Origin: Coprobacillaceae bacterium
Lineage (GTDB): Bacteria; Bacillota_I; Bacilli_A; Erysipelotrichales; Coprobacillaceae
DNA: 32,000 nt
Assembly: GCA_963675915.1 (NCBI GenBank)
Contig: OY780959.1
Location: 690,001-722,000, forward strand
Direction: 5' to 3'
Shown here: piece after piece, positions 1-13,160 of the stretch
Numbering within the stretch: the first letter of the stretch is position 1
Layout: the number at the start of each line of letters is the position of its first letter
Position numbers and translations under genes: made by a program
Notes under the pieces: model-generated
The model's input: the letters and a program-made list of their open reading frames with translations, nothing else
What the model was told of the DNA's origin: nothing
Databases searched by the model: none

Positions 1-84
1 TTGTCAGCTGAAGAGGTCAAGGAATTCACCCAGATGACAATCTTCGATTTCATTCCAGGAGGTGACGAAGATGAGGAATATTAG
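1..84 (+). CDS. 3' end of an upstream gene (partial, product unknown)
   Basis: Frame 1 is open from the window edge to TAG at 82-84 (...LSAEEVKEFTQMTIFDFIPGGDEDEEY*). The acidic C-terminal tail overlaps the next gene's start. Too short to identify. Confidence 0.3.
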   Translation: MSAEEVKEFTQMTIFDFIPGGDEDEEY

Positions 85-679
85 AACTGGGAAAATCACC
101 GGAGTTTTGATTGCAATCTGTCTGGATGTTTATCTGGTGTCGGTAATCCGCTTTGGTTTTACGATGACAGCGCAAAATGGAATCGAGTTTGGTGGATTCA
201 ATCCGATTTATGTGGTGTATTTCAATGAATATTATCGCCTGGTAACCGCCTGCTTTATTCATTTTGGAATCTTGCATCTGGCATTCAATGCTTATTCTCT
301 GTATGTTTTTGGAACTTTCATGGAACTGATTCTAAAGACCAAAAGATACTTGGTTCTTACTATCGCCGGGCTGCTTAGTTCGACTGTGATTCCCTTGATT
401 TTGTTTTTACTCTTTGGCTTTGGGGCCAATACAGTTTTGGGTGGAATCAGTGGGTTGATTTTTGCCTATCTAGGCGCTTTTACCTATCTTAGCTACAAGT
501 ATCGGGATGTGTTCCGGCAGATTTTCAGACAATTGCTGCCAATCTTGCTGTTGAATCTGTTTCTTTCAATCTCGGTACCGACAATCTCGCTGGTTGGTCA
601 TTTGGGTGGCTATGTCAGTGGATTTGTAATCATGGCGGCGATTGAATATTTCAGACCGTTGCGGAAAAAGTATTATTGA
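71..679 (+). CDS. Rhomboid family intramembrane serine protease
   Basis: Multi-TM protein with rhomboid signatures: HFGILHLAFNAYSL (H-x4-H-x3-N), catalytic GGISGLIF (GxSG) and GHLGGYVSG (catalytic His). AGGAGG at 56-61 sits 9 nt upstream of ATG 71, so the track's GTG at 62 is unlikely. Confidence 0.85.
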   Translation: MRNIRTGKITGVLIAICLDVYLVSVIRFGFTMTAQNGIEFGGFNPIYVVYFNEYYRLVTACFIHFGILHLAFNAYSLYVFGTFMELILKTKRYLVLTIAGLLSSTVIPLILFLLFGFGANTVLGGISGLIFAYLGAFTYLSYKYRDVFRQIFRQLLPILLLNLFLSISVPTISLVGHLGGYVSGFVIMAAIEYFRPLRKKYY

Positions 680-697
680 TAAGGAGATGATCTTTCA

Positions 698-1585
698 GTG
701 AAGAAAAAAGTAAGAAAAGCAATTATCCCAGCAGCCGGTCTGGGTACCCGTTTTTTACCGGCAACCAAGGCATTGGCCAAGGAGATGTTGCCGATTGTCG
801 ATATTCCGACAATCCAGTACATCGTACAAGAAGCGGTTGCCAGTGGTATCGAAGAAATTCTGATAATTACCAACAGCAACAAACATTCGATGGAAAACCA
901 TTTCGACCGCAATTACGAACTTGAAGAGCGACTGAAGCAAAGCGGCAAGATGACCGAATTCGAGATGATTACCGATATCGCCAATATGGCCAATATCTAT
1001 TACATCCGCCAAAAGGAACCCAAAGGACTTGGGCATGCGGTGTTGTGTGCCAAGTCGTTTATCGGTGATGAACCGTTCGCGGTGCTTCTTGGTGATGACG
1101 TTGTTGTCAATGATGGTAATCCGGCTTTAAAACAGCTGATTGATGCGTATCGTCAAACCGAAGCTTCGGTAGTCGGGGTTCAAACGGTGGATCACAATTT
1201 GGTCAACAAATATGGAATTGTGGAACCTTCACTTTCCCATGCTCCAAAAGGCCGTCTGGTCAAATTGGCGGGGATGGTTGAAAAGCCGGAGATCGACAAG
1301 GCCCCTAGCGACATGGCGGTTTTGGGACGCTATGTGCTGACTCCGGAAGTATTTGATTTGCTTGAAACCCAGGGAAAAGGGGCGGGCAATGAAATTCAGC
1401 TGACCGATGCCATCACCAGACTGATGGATCGTCAAGCGGTATACGCCTATGATTTTGAAGGGCTTCGTTATGATGTTGGGGATAAATTCGGATTTATCAA
1501 AGCGACAATCGACTTCGCTTTGGCAAGGGACAATCTCAAAGACCAAGTCAGCGAATATATTAAAAAGAAAGCGGAAGAATTATAA
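698..1585 (+). CDS. galU: UTP--glucose-1-phosphate uridylyltransferase
   Basis: N-terminus KAIIPAAGLGTRFLPATKALAKEMLPIVD is the classic GalU nucleotide-binding motif. Also VLLGDD and the typical 295-aa length. GTG start follows AAGGAG at 682-687. Confidence 0.93.
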   Translation: MKKKVRKAIIPAAGLGTRFLPATKALAKEMLPIVDIPTIQYIVQEAVASGIEEILIITNSNKHSMENHFDRNYELEERLKQSGKMTEFEMITDIANMANIYYIRQKEPKGLGHAVLCAKSFIGDEPFAVLLGDDVVVNDGNPALKQLIDAYRQTEASVVGVQTVDHNLVNKYGIVEPSLSHAPKGRLVKLAGMVEKPEIDKAPSDMAVLGRYVLTPEVFDLLETQGKGAGNEIQLTDAITRLMDRQAVYAYDFEGLRYDVGDKFGFIKATIDFALARDNLKDQVSEYIKKKAEEL

Positions 1586-2067
1586 TGAGTTTCAAGGAAA
1601 AATTCAAAGAGTATCAGCAACGAAGAGAGGCCAAGGCCTACTTCAATAAAAACAACAGTTACAAGTTTTCGCAAATTGATTTTGTGGTGGCTTTTGGGAT
1701 AACTTTGGCAATCGGAATTTTTGGCCTGATTGCCCTAAGATATATCACCACAACCATCAGAATCAATTTCAGTTTTCTCTATGTGATTCTTGGTTATCTG
1801 GGGGCCCAAGGGGTTCTTAGATACAAGGGGAATGGAGGAAATGTCGAGGCAGCGCTTGTCAGCGGGGCCGGAATGTTCCTGGGAATGATCATCGGGGATG
1901 CATTTTATCTTGCATCAATCGTCGGAACTTATGGTCTTAGTGTCAATTTACTTGATTTGGGGCTGTATGTTTCAAGCTTTCAAAGACTGTTCACTTCGAA
2001 CATTATCCAGTCGGTATTTTGCATTTTGGGTATATTTACCACATTCTACTTAATTCGTAACAATTAA
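1585..2067 (+). CDS. Hypothetical integral membrane protein (about 4 TM, basic N-terminus)
   Basis: 160-aa ORF whose ATG overlaps the galU stop (TAATG). It has hydrophobic segments and a Gly-rich GNGGNVEAALVSGAGMFLG stretch. I recognise no family. Confidence 0.6.
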   Translation: MSFKEKFKEYQQRREAKAYFNKNNSYKFSQIDFVVAFGITLAIGIFGLIALRYITTTIRINFSFLYVILGYLGAQGVLRYKGNGGNVEAALVSGAGMFLGMIIGDAFYLASIVGTYGLSVNLLDLGLYVSSFQRLFTSNIIQSVFCILGIFTTFYLIRNN

Positions 2068-2100
2068 AAAACAAAAGGCTTGTTAAACAACATTTTTACT

Positions 2101-2128
2101 TTTAAAGTTTATTAAAAAGTAGTATAAT
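2101..2128 (+). promoter_or_regulatory. Putative sigmaA promoter of the PFOR gene
   Basis: TTTAAA (2101-2106), 16-nt spacer, TATAAT (2123-2128). A strong SD GAGGAGG at 2142-2148 precedes ATG 2158. Confidence 0.4.
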
Positions 2129-2157
2129 TTACTTTAAGATAGAGGAGGAAATAGCAA

Positions 2158-5100
2158 ATGGCTAAAAAGTTTTTATCAATGGACGGTAACCAAGCGGCTG
2201 CTCATGTTGCGTACGCGTTTACTGAAGTTGCAAGTATTTATCCAATTACACCTTCTTCACCTATGGCTGAACATGCTGAAGCATGGTCTGCACAAGGAAA
2301 GAAAAACATTTTTGGAACTCCAGTAAATGTCATTGAAATGCAATCTGAAGCAGGTGCTGCAGGTGCTGTTCATGGTGCTTTACAAGGAGGAGCTTTATCG
2401 ACAACATTTACAGCTTCTCAAGGGTTATTATTAATGATCCCTAACTTATATAAAATTCAAGGTGAATGTCTGCCGGGAGTATTCCACGTTGCAGCTAGAT
2501 CTTTGGCTACAAGATCATTAAGTATCTTTGGTGATCATCAAGATATCTATGCTTGTCGCCAAGTCGGGATGCCGATGATCTGTTCGCATTCGGTACAGGA
2601 GGTTATGGACTTAGGTGGGGTATCTCACTTGACTGCCATCAAAGCTTCAGTACCAGTGATGCATTTCTTTGACGGTTTCCGTACTTCACATGAAATTCAA
2701 AAAGTTGAAGTGATGGATTATGATGTTCTTGAAAAATATTTGGACAAAGATGCCGTGGCTAAATTCAAAGCCAACGCTCTTAACCCACATACAAACCCTG
2801 TGGAACGTGGTGGGGCTGAAAATGATGACATCTATTTCCAAGGACGTGAAGCTCAAAACGCTCACTACGATGCAGTAGTTGAAATCGCTGCTGATTATAT
2901 GGCAAAAATCTCTGAAGAAACTGGAAGGGAATATGCTCCGTTCACTTATTATGGTGCACCAGATGCTTCTCGAGTAATCATCGCTATGGGTTCAGTAACT
3001 GAAACTATCAAGGAAACAATCGATGAAATGAACAAAAAGGGTGATCGCGTAGGATTGATCAAAGTTCATTTATATCGTCCATTCTCAGCTAAGTACTTAT
3101 TGAAAGTATTACCAAAAACTGTAACAAAAGTGGCAGTATTGGACCGTACTAAAGAAATGGGTGCAACTGGGGAGCCATTATACTTAGATGTAGTATCTGT
3201 ACTAAAAGATGTCGACCACATCGATTCAATCGTTGGGGGACGTTATGGATTGTCTTCTAAAAACACTCGTCCACAAGACATCAAAGGTGTTTATGATCAT
3301 CTGTTAAATGACGCTCCATTCAACGGATTCACTATCAGCATCACTGATGACGTGACTAACTTGTCGGTTCCTAGTGATGAATCATTCAAAGTATCTGCTG
3401 ATTACACTGGATGTCTGTTCTATGGTCTGGGTTCTGATGGTACGGTTTCAGCCAATAAATCATCAATCAAGATTATCGGTGACCATACTGACTTGTATTC
3501 ACAAGCGTACTTCGCTTATGACTCTAAAAAAGCCGGTGGGGTAACCAGATCGAATCTGCGTTTTGGTAATTCACCAATCCGTGCTACTTACTATGTTAAC
3601 CAAGCAGACTTCATTTCTTCATCTTTAGACAACTACGTATTGAAATACGATATGCTTAAAGACTTGAAAGAAGGCGGAACATTCTTATTGAATACCGAAT
3701 TCACTCCTGAAGAAATCGTTGAATATCTGCCAAACAGAGTTAAAAAACAATTAGCTGACAAAAAAGCTAAATTCTATATCATCAATGCCAATGAATTGGC
3801 TGAAGGTATCGGAATGGGTCGTCGTACCAATACGATTCTTCAATCAGCGTTCTTCGCATTGAATCCACAAATCTTACCAATTGAAGATGCTGTTACTTAC
3901 ATGAAAGAAATGGCTAAAAAATCATACAGCAAAAAAGGTGACGAAATTGTAGAAATGAACTACAAAGCAATCGATGCCGGTAAAGATCAAGTTGTTGAAG
4001 TTGCTGTAGATCCTTCATGGTCTGACTTGACAGTTAAAACTGTTAAAACTGACACTGGAGATGAATACTTCGATGAATTCGTATCAATGATCAACTCATT
4101 GAACGGTGACAACCTGCCAACTTCAGCGTTCCTTGACAAATTGGATGGTTCGATGAAATCTGGTGTTGCCTTCAAAGAACACCGTGCTATCGCAACTCAA
4201 GTACCAAAATGGTTGAAAGATAACTGTATCCAATGTAATACATGTGTAATGGTATGTCCACATGCCACTATCCGTGCGTTCTTGCTTACAGATGAAGAAA
4301 TGGCAAATGCTCCTGAAGATATTTCTGATGACGTTCTTGCACCAATGGGTAAAAACGTTGAAGGATTACACTATCGTATCCAAATTTCACCTGATAACTG
4401 TGTCGGATGTGGAACTTGTGTGGTAGAATGTCCTGGTAAAAAAGGTGTCAAAGCCTTGGAAATGACTCCAGTTAAGGAAGAATTGATCCATGCACCATTA
4501 GCAAACTATCTGTATCAAGATGTAGAATACCGTGATGACCGTTACCCAACAATCGTTGCCAAAGGTATCGGATTCATGCGTCCATACTTCGAAGTATCAG
4601 GTGCTTGTGCTGGGTGTGGGGAAACTCCATACTACCGTCTGGTAACTCAATTATTCGGTAAAGACATGATGATCGCCAATGCGACTGGATGTTCTTCTAT
4701 CTACGGTGGATCTACTCCATCAACTCCTTTCACTGTTGACAGTGACGGACAAGGTCCTGCATGGGCTAACTCATTATTCGAAGACAATGCTGAATACGGA
4801 TTCGGTATGCGTTTAGCAAGCAACTATAAAGAAGGCTTCATCTTGAAAATCATGGAAGATAACTATGATGCTTGTGAAGATGAACTTAAAGCTGCTATCG
4901 ACGAATATCGCACCAACAAAGGAAACCGTGCCAAAGAAAGAGAATTGGCTCCTAAACTGATTGAATTGGCTGATGCTTCTGCAAACGAAGGAATCAAAGC
5001 CTTGAAAGACGTTGAACGTGATCTTGTGTCTAAATCACAATGGATCGTCGGTGGAGACGGTTGGGCTTATGACATCGGTTATGGTGGGGTTGACCACGTA

Positions 5101-5688
5101 ATCGCTAATAACGAAAACGTAAACATCCTGGTATTGGATACTGAAATCTATTCTAATACTGGTGGTCAGTCTTCTAAATCATCTCAAGCTGCATCTATCG
5201 CAAAATTCACTGCCGGTGGTAAAGCTGGAGCTAAAAAAGACTTGGCTCAAATCGCAATGGCTTATGGTCATGTATACGTAGCACAAATCGCTATGGGTGC
5301 CAACATTGCTCAAACAATCAAAGCAATCAAAGAAGCGGAAGCATATGACGGACCTTCATTGATTATTGCATACTCTCCATGTCAACAACATGGTATCAAA
5401 GGTGGTATGTCATTACATCAAAGACAAGAAAAAGCTGCGGTTGACTGCGGATACTTCAACTTGTTGAGATATGATCCACGTTTGGAAGAACAAGGTAAAA
5501 ACCCATTACAAATGGATTCTAAAGCTCCTGACTTCACTAAATTCCAAGACTTCCTTGAATCAGAAACTCGTTTTGCTCAATTGAGCAAAATCAATCCGGT
5601 TCATGCTAAAGACTTGAAAGAAAAATGTGAAGCTGATGCTGCAAAACGTCGTGCACGTTTAGACAGAATGGCTACAGAAGAATTTTAA
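2158..5688 (+). CDS. nifJ: Pyruvate:ferredoxin (flavodoxin) oxidoreductase, single-polypeptide NifJ type
   Basis: 1176 aa. N-terminus MDGNQAAAHVAYAFTEVASIYPITPSS. Two ferredoxin-type 4Fe-4S motifs (CIQCNTCVMVCP and CVGCGTCVVECP). TPP-domain motifs GCGETPY and GGDGWAYDIGYGG. Confidence 0.96.
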   Translation: MAKKFLSMDGNQAAAHVAYAFTEVASIYPITPSSPMAEHAEAWSAQGKKNIFGTPVNVIEMQSEAGAAGAVHGALQGGALSTTFTASQGLLLMIPNLYKIQGECLPGVFHVAARSLATRSLSIFGDHQDIYACRQVGMPMICSHSVQEVMDLGGVSHLTAIKASVPVMHFFDGFRTSHEIQKVEVMDYDVLEKYLDKDAVAKFKANALNPHTNPVERGGAENDDIYFQGREAQNAHYDAVVEIAADYMAKISEETGREYAPFTYYGAPDASRVIIAMGSVTETIKETIDEMNKKGDRVGLIKVHLYRPFSAKYLLKVLPKTVTKVAVLDRTKEMGATGEPLYLDVVSVLKDVDHIDSIVGGRYGLSSKNTRPQDIKGVYDHLLNDAPFNGFTISITDDVTNLSVPSDESFKVSADYTGCLFYGLGSDGTVSANKSSIKIIGDHTDLYSQAYFAYDSKKAGGVTRSNLRFGNSPIRATYYVNQADFISSSLDNYVLKYDMLKDLKEGGTFLLNTEFTPEEIVEYLPNRVKKQLADKKAKFYIINANELAEGIGMGRRTNTILQSAFFALNPQILPIEDAVTYMKEMAKKSYSKKGDEIVEMNYKAIDAGKDQVVEVAVDPSWSDLTVKTVKTDTGDEYFDEFVSMINSLNGDNLPTSAFLDKLDGSMKSGVAFKEHRAIATQVPKWLKDNCIQCNTCVMVCPHATIRAFLLTDEEMANAPEDISDDVLAPMGKNVEGLHYRIQISPDNCVGCGTCVVECPGKKGVKALEMTPVKEELIHAPLANYLYQDVEYRDDRYPTIVAKGIGFMRPYFEVSGACAGCGETPYYRLVTQLFGKDMMIANATGCSSIYGGSTPSTPFTVDSDGQGPAWANSLFEDNAEYGFGMRLASNYKEGFILKIMEDNYDACEDELKAAIDEYRTNKGNRAKERELAPKLIELADASANEGIKALKDVERDLVSKSQWIVGGDGWAYDIGYGGVDHVIANNENVNILVLDTEIYSNTGGQSSKSSQAASIAKFTAGGKAGAKKDLAQIAMAYGHVYVAQIAMGANIAQTIKAIKEAEAYDGPSLIIAYSPCQQHGIKGGMSLHQRQEKAAVDCGYFNLLRYDPRLEEQGKNPLQMDSKAPDFTKFQDFLESETRFAQLSKINPVHAKDLKEKCEADAAKRRARLDRMATEEF

Positions 5689-5718
5689 CCTAAGTTAATG
5701 AATCAATTTAATGATTTG

Positions 5719-5760
5719 AAATCCCGGTGATTGCCAGACAATCCCGGGATTTTTTTATTT
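5719..5760 (+). terminator. Rho-independent terminator after the PFOR gene
   Basis: Stem AAATCCCGG (5719-5727) pairs with CCGGGATTT (5744-5752) and is followed by a T-run. Confidence 0.8.
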
Positions 5761-5870
5761 CTGGGGCTGATATGGTATCGGAAAAGACTAAATATCAGGG
5801 TAAAAATGTAAGCGTTTTCCTTATTTGTTTTCAAATTGTAAAAACATCCTGGAATTTAAGTTTTTTTCCT

Positions 5871-5898
5871 TTACAATTCAAAAACTTAGTGCTAATAT
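5871..5898 (+). promoter_or_regulatory. Possible upstream rRNA promoter (P1)
   Basis: TTACAA (5871-5876), 16-nt spacer, TAATAT (5893-5898). Tandem rRNA promoters are common in Bacillota. Confidence 0.35.
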
Positions 5899-5961
5899 AT
5901 TATTGCGCTCTAAATTAGATTAGCTAGTCGCTAAATTAGTTAAATTAATTTCATAAAAGCC

Positions 5962-5990
5962 TTGACTTATGACATCTTATGGTGTAAGAT
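5962..5990 (+). promoter_or_regulatory. rRNA operon promoter (P2)
   Basis: TTGACT (5962-5967), 17-nt spacer, TAAGAT (5985-5990) with TG immediately upstream. An AT-rich UP-like region lies upstream. The promoter is about 125 nt before the mature 16S 5' end. Confidence 0.6.
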
Positions 5991-6016
5991 AATCAAGTCG
6001 GCTCAAGAGGGCCACA

Positions 6017-6040
6017 GTTCATTGAAAACTAAACAGAATT
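6017..6040 (+). other. 16S processing-stalk 5' arm
   Basis: GTTCATTGAAAACTAAACAGAATT is complementary to 7698-7721. The core of 16 nt (AAAACTAAACAGAATT / AATTCTGTTTAGTTTT) matches perfectly. This is a typical RNase III stalk bracketing 16S. Confidence 0.7.
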
Positions 6041-6114
6041 AAAAACACACGTCAATATTCTTAAGGAATATAAAGTAAATTAAGAGCTAAACAAACACAA
6101 TTGTTTGTACAATA

Positions 6115-7643
<1,529 letters not shown>

Positions 7644-7697
7644 AAGGAGAACCGTTCAACCACCCCGGTTGAACAAAAACAAGAAGTGTTGTTAAGA

Positions 7698-7721
7698 AAT
7701 TCTGTTTAGTTTTGAGTGAAC
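7698..7721 (+). other. 16S processing-stalk 3' arm (in the ITS)
   Basis: AATTCTGTTTAGTTTTGAGTGAAC pairs with 6017-6040. Confidence 0.7.
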
Positions 7722-7738
7722 TGAGATTTACTCAAAGA

Positions 7739-7763
7739 TCATTGAAAACTGGATAATAATCGA
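7739..7763 (+). other. 23S processing-stalk 5' arm (in the ITS)
   Basis: TCATTGAAAACTGGATAATAATCGA is complementary, with G-U pairs and a few mismatches, to 10839-10863. Confidence 0.65.
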
Positions 7764-7918
7764 AAGATAGAAAAGAGATCGAGGAAATGAAAATTTCCAA
7801 AATTTATAACCAGATAGATTTAATTAATTAATTTATGTGGTCTTTCTAGAAAAAGTCGAAAAAAAACTAAGAAAAAACTAAAATTTTACAACAGTAAAAG
7901 TTTAATCAAACACCAATA

Positions 7919-10819
<2,901 letters not shown>

Positions 10820-10838
10820 TTGGACAAAGACAACAAAG

Positions 10839-10863
10839 TCGATTATTATCTAGTTTTGAGTGA
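10839..10863 (+). other. 23S processing-stalk 3' arm
   Basis: TCGATTATTATCTAGTTTTGAGTGA pairs with 7739-7763. Confidence 0.65.
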
Positions 10864-10882
10864 TCTAAGGAAAACTCGATAA

Positions 10883-10992
10883 TCTGGTAACGATGGCATG
10901 ATGGACACACCTGTACCCATCTCGAACACAGAAGTTAAGCATCATAACGGCGAAGATAGTGCGTTAGCGTGACAATAGCAAGTTGCCAGTTT
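10883..10992 (+). rRNA. rrf: 5S ribosomal RNA
   Basis: TCTGGTAACGATGGC...CCTGTACCCATCTCGAACACAGAAGTTAAGC...GTTGCCAG aligns by eye to Bacillus 5S. The terminal helix CTGGTAAC/GTTGCCAG closes it. Confidence 0.93.
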
Positions 10993-10996
10993 AGCA

Positions 10997-11024
10997 AGGA
11001 GGAACGAAAGTTCCTCTTTTTTAT
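10997..11024 (+). terminator. rRNA operon terminator
   Basis: Stem AGGAGGAAC, GAAA loop, GTTCCTCTT, then a T-run (TTTTTTATTT). Confidence 0.85.
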
Positions 11025-11072
11025 TTAAGCTTCCCAAACCGCTGGATATAGGGACAAATATCCCTTAAACCC

Positions 11073-11101
11073 TTTAAATTTGAGCGGTTTTATACTATAA
11101 T
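11073..11101 (+). promoter_or_regulatory. Putative promoter of the glycosyltransferase operon
   Basis: TTTAAA (11073-11078), 17-nt spacer, TATAAT (11096-11101), 17 nt before the ATG at 11119. Confidence 0.35.
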
Positions 11102-11118
11102 TAATTAAGGTGATTATA

Positions 11119-12129
11119 ATGAAAATAAAACTATATGTTGGTAATGAAGAGATGATAAAACTCTCGGGAATCGGTAAGGCCTTCTTGCATCAGCAGCAGG
11201 CTCTAGCGCTTAATGATATCCCTTATACCACTGACAATAAAGATGGGGATTGTGATCTGGTCCACATCAATACGACTTTTCCAAACAGTTATTTTGCTGC
11301 TCGAAAAGCTAAAAAATCTGGCAAAAAGGTGATAATGCATGCCCATTCAACCGAGGAGGATTTCCGCGATTCGTTCATGTTTTCGAATTTGATTGCACCG
11401 CTCTGGAAAAAATGGCTGATTTTTCTCTATACAATGGGAGATCAGATCATCACCCCGACGCCATATTCGAAAAGGATTCTCGAAGGCTATGGAATCGATG
11501 TGCCTATTACGGCGATTTCCAATGGGATTGACCTGGATGCATTCAAGAATTCTGATATTGATCGACAACAGTTCATCAATAAATTCCAGATCGATCCTAG
11601 TGATAAACTTGTTATTTCGGTCGGATGGATCTTCGAACGGAAAGGCTTCGATACGTTTGTCGAAGTTGCTGCTCAGTTGCCGGATGTCAAGTTCATCTGG
11701 TTTGGAGATGTAAACAAATCGGCACCAACAGCTAAAATTAAAAAGCTGCTCAAAAATCTTCCGGATAATGTCCTGATGGCGGGATATGTCGATTCGAAGA
11801 CTTTGATCGGGGCCTATTCAAGATGTGACGTCTTCTTCTTTCCCAGTCGCGAGGAAACCGAAGGGATTGTGGTTCTCGAGGCTTTGGCTTGTCGTTGTCA
11901 AAACATCCTTTTGCGGGAGATTCCGGTTTTTGAAGGATGGATGAATGACACGAAAAACTGTTATATGGGACATGACAACACGGAGTTTGTTTCAATAATC
12001 AAGAAAATTCTGGCAGGGGAGTTGCCGTCTTTGGCAGTTGCCGGATATCAGACTGTTAAAGAACGTGAAATAAGAGAGATTGGTAAACAACTGATTGAGG
12101 TTTATGAAAATACCTTGAAGATAGGATAA
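11119..12129 (+). CDS. GT4-family glycosyltransferase, probably a glycolipid (diglycosyl-diacylglycerol type) synthase
   Basis: SD AAGGTGA lies 6 nt before ATG 11119, and the track's GTG 11110 lies inside that SD. GT-B/GT4 E-x7-E motif in FFFPSREETEGIVVLEALA. At 336 aa its size and layout resemble CpoA/alDGS-type enzymes. Substrate is inferred only. Confidence 0.8.
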   Translation: MKIKLYVGNEEMIKLSGIGKAFLHQQQALALNDIPYTTDNKDGDCDLVHINTTFPNSYFAARKAKKSGKKVIMHAHSTEEDFRDSFMFSNLIAPLWKKWLIFLYTMGDQIITPTPYSKRILEGYGIDVPITAISNGIDLDAFKNSDIDRQQFINKFQIDPSDKLVISVGWIFERKGFDTFVEVAAQLPDVKFIWFGDVNKSAPTAKIKKLLKNLPDNVLMAGYVDSKTLIGAYSRCDVFFFPSREETEGIVVLEALACRCQNILLREIPVFEGWMNDTKNCYMGHDNTEFVSIIKKILAGELPSLAVAGYQTVKEREIREIGKQLIEVYENTLKIG

Positions 12130-12133
12130 TATT

Positions 12134-13150
12134 ATGACAAATCGAAAATCAATATTCAGAAATTTACTGCTAGTACTCATTGTATCAGGTGTATCGATTT
12201 ATTTCCTGTTTGGAAATAATCTCAAAGAGGCATTTCAGGCCTTCAAAGAGGCGAACTTGCTTTATATCGTTTTGAGTTTCGTTGTGATGCTGTTTTATTT
12301 TTTGATAGATGCCTTCATTTTGACCAAATTTTCAAGATTGTACAACCGCGGATATCGATATATCCAGGGACTGAAAAACTCGCTTTCAGCGGCTTTTTTC
12401 AACGGGGTTACACCTTTTAACAGTGGCGGTCAGTTTGCTCAGGTTTATGTCTTCAATAAACAGAAAATCAAACCTTCTGACTCAGCCAGTATCCTCCTGA
12501 TGGGCTTCATTGTCTATCAGACTGTTCTGGTGTTGTTTTCAATCGTCGTTATGATTTTCAGATTCAGTACTTACCGGGCATTGTACTCTGATATCTTTCT
12601 CTTGACATTGATCGGATTTTCGGTAAACTTTTTTGTAATCGTCGGTTTATACCTTGGAGCAAGTTCTTCCAAGTTCCAATCGTTCCTTTCCAATTTCGGG
12701 ATCCGGATGCTTGCGAAACTCCGCTTGGTGAAAAATTACGGAGATACTAAAGTCAGATTCGAAGTCCAACTGAACAATTTTAGACGTGAGGTCAAACACC
12801 TCAGATCAAATCGTCGTATTTTGGTTGTGGCATCTCTTGGGAATGTGCTTAAACTGATGTGTATTTATTCGATTCCGTTTTTTGTCGGAAGAGCATTGAA
12901 TATCGATCTTGAAATCGGACAACTGTTCGAGTTCATCGGAATTTCATCATTTATTTATATGGTTACTGCGTTCGTTCCGATTCCAGGGGCCAGCGGTGGT
13001 TCCGAAGGGATTTACTTTGTACTGTTTTCGCCGCTTCTTGGTGGAGTCTTGACTCCGACCACAATGTTGCTCTGGCGGATTATCACATATTATTTGGGAT
13101 TGATTTTGGGGGGATTGACTTTCGCAATTGACCCGGAAATCAACAGATAG
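12134..13150 (+). CDS. Flippase-like (MprF N-terminal / LPG_synthase_TM, UPF0104) integral membrane protein
   Basis: 338 aa with about 8 TM segments. The C-terminal PIPGASGGSEGIYF resembles the family's P-x-x-P-G-G-x-G-x-x-E signature. It sits between two GT4 genes. Confidence 0.7.
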   Translation: MTNRKSIFRNLLLVLIVSGVSIYFLFGNNLKEAFQAFKEANLLYIVLSFVVMLFYFLIDAFILTKFSRLYNRGYRYIQGLKNSLSAAFFNGVTPFNSGGQFAQVYVFNKQKIKPSDSASILLMGFIVYQTVLVLFSIVVMIFRFSTYRALYSDIFLLTLIGFSVNFFVIVGLYLGASSSKFQSFLSNFGIRMLAKLRLVKNYGDTKVRFEVQLNNFRREVKHLRSNRRILVVASLGNVLKLMCIYSIPFFVGRALNIDLEIGQLFEFIGISSFIYMVTAFVPIPGASGGSEGIYFVLFSPLLGGVLTPTTMLLWRIITYYLGLILGGLTFAIDPEINR

Positions 13151-13160
13151 GAGAAATGGT

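Noticed and set aside
5727-5918. 63-aa ORF between the PFOR gene and 16S
   Set aside because: It starts inside the PFOR terminator and runs through the rRNA promoter region. It has no SD and a low-complexity sequence.
13128-13160. Track start (TTG 13128) of the GT4-RecX gene, which overlaps the flippase-like gene by 23 nt
   Set aside because: In-frame TTG 13161 has an AGGAGA SD 6 nt upstream and gives the canonical GT4 N-terminus. The extra 11 residues (TRKSTDRRNG) look non-native.
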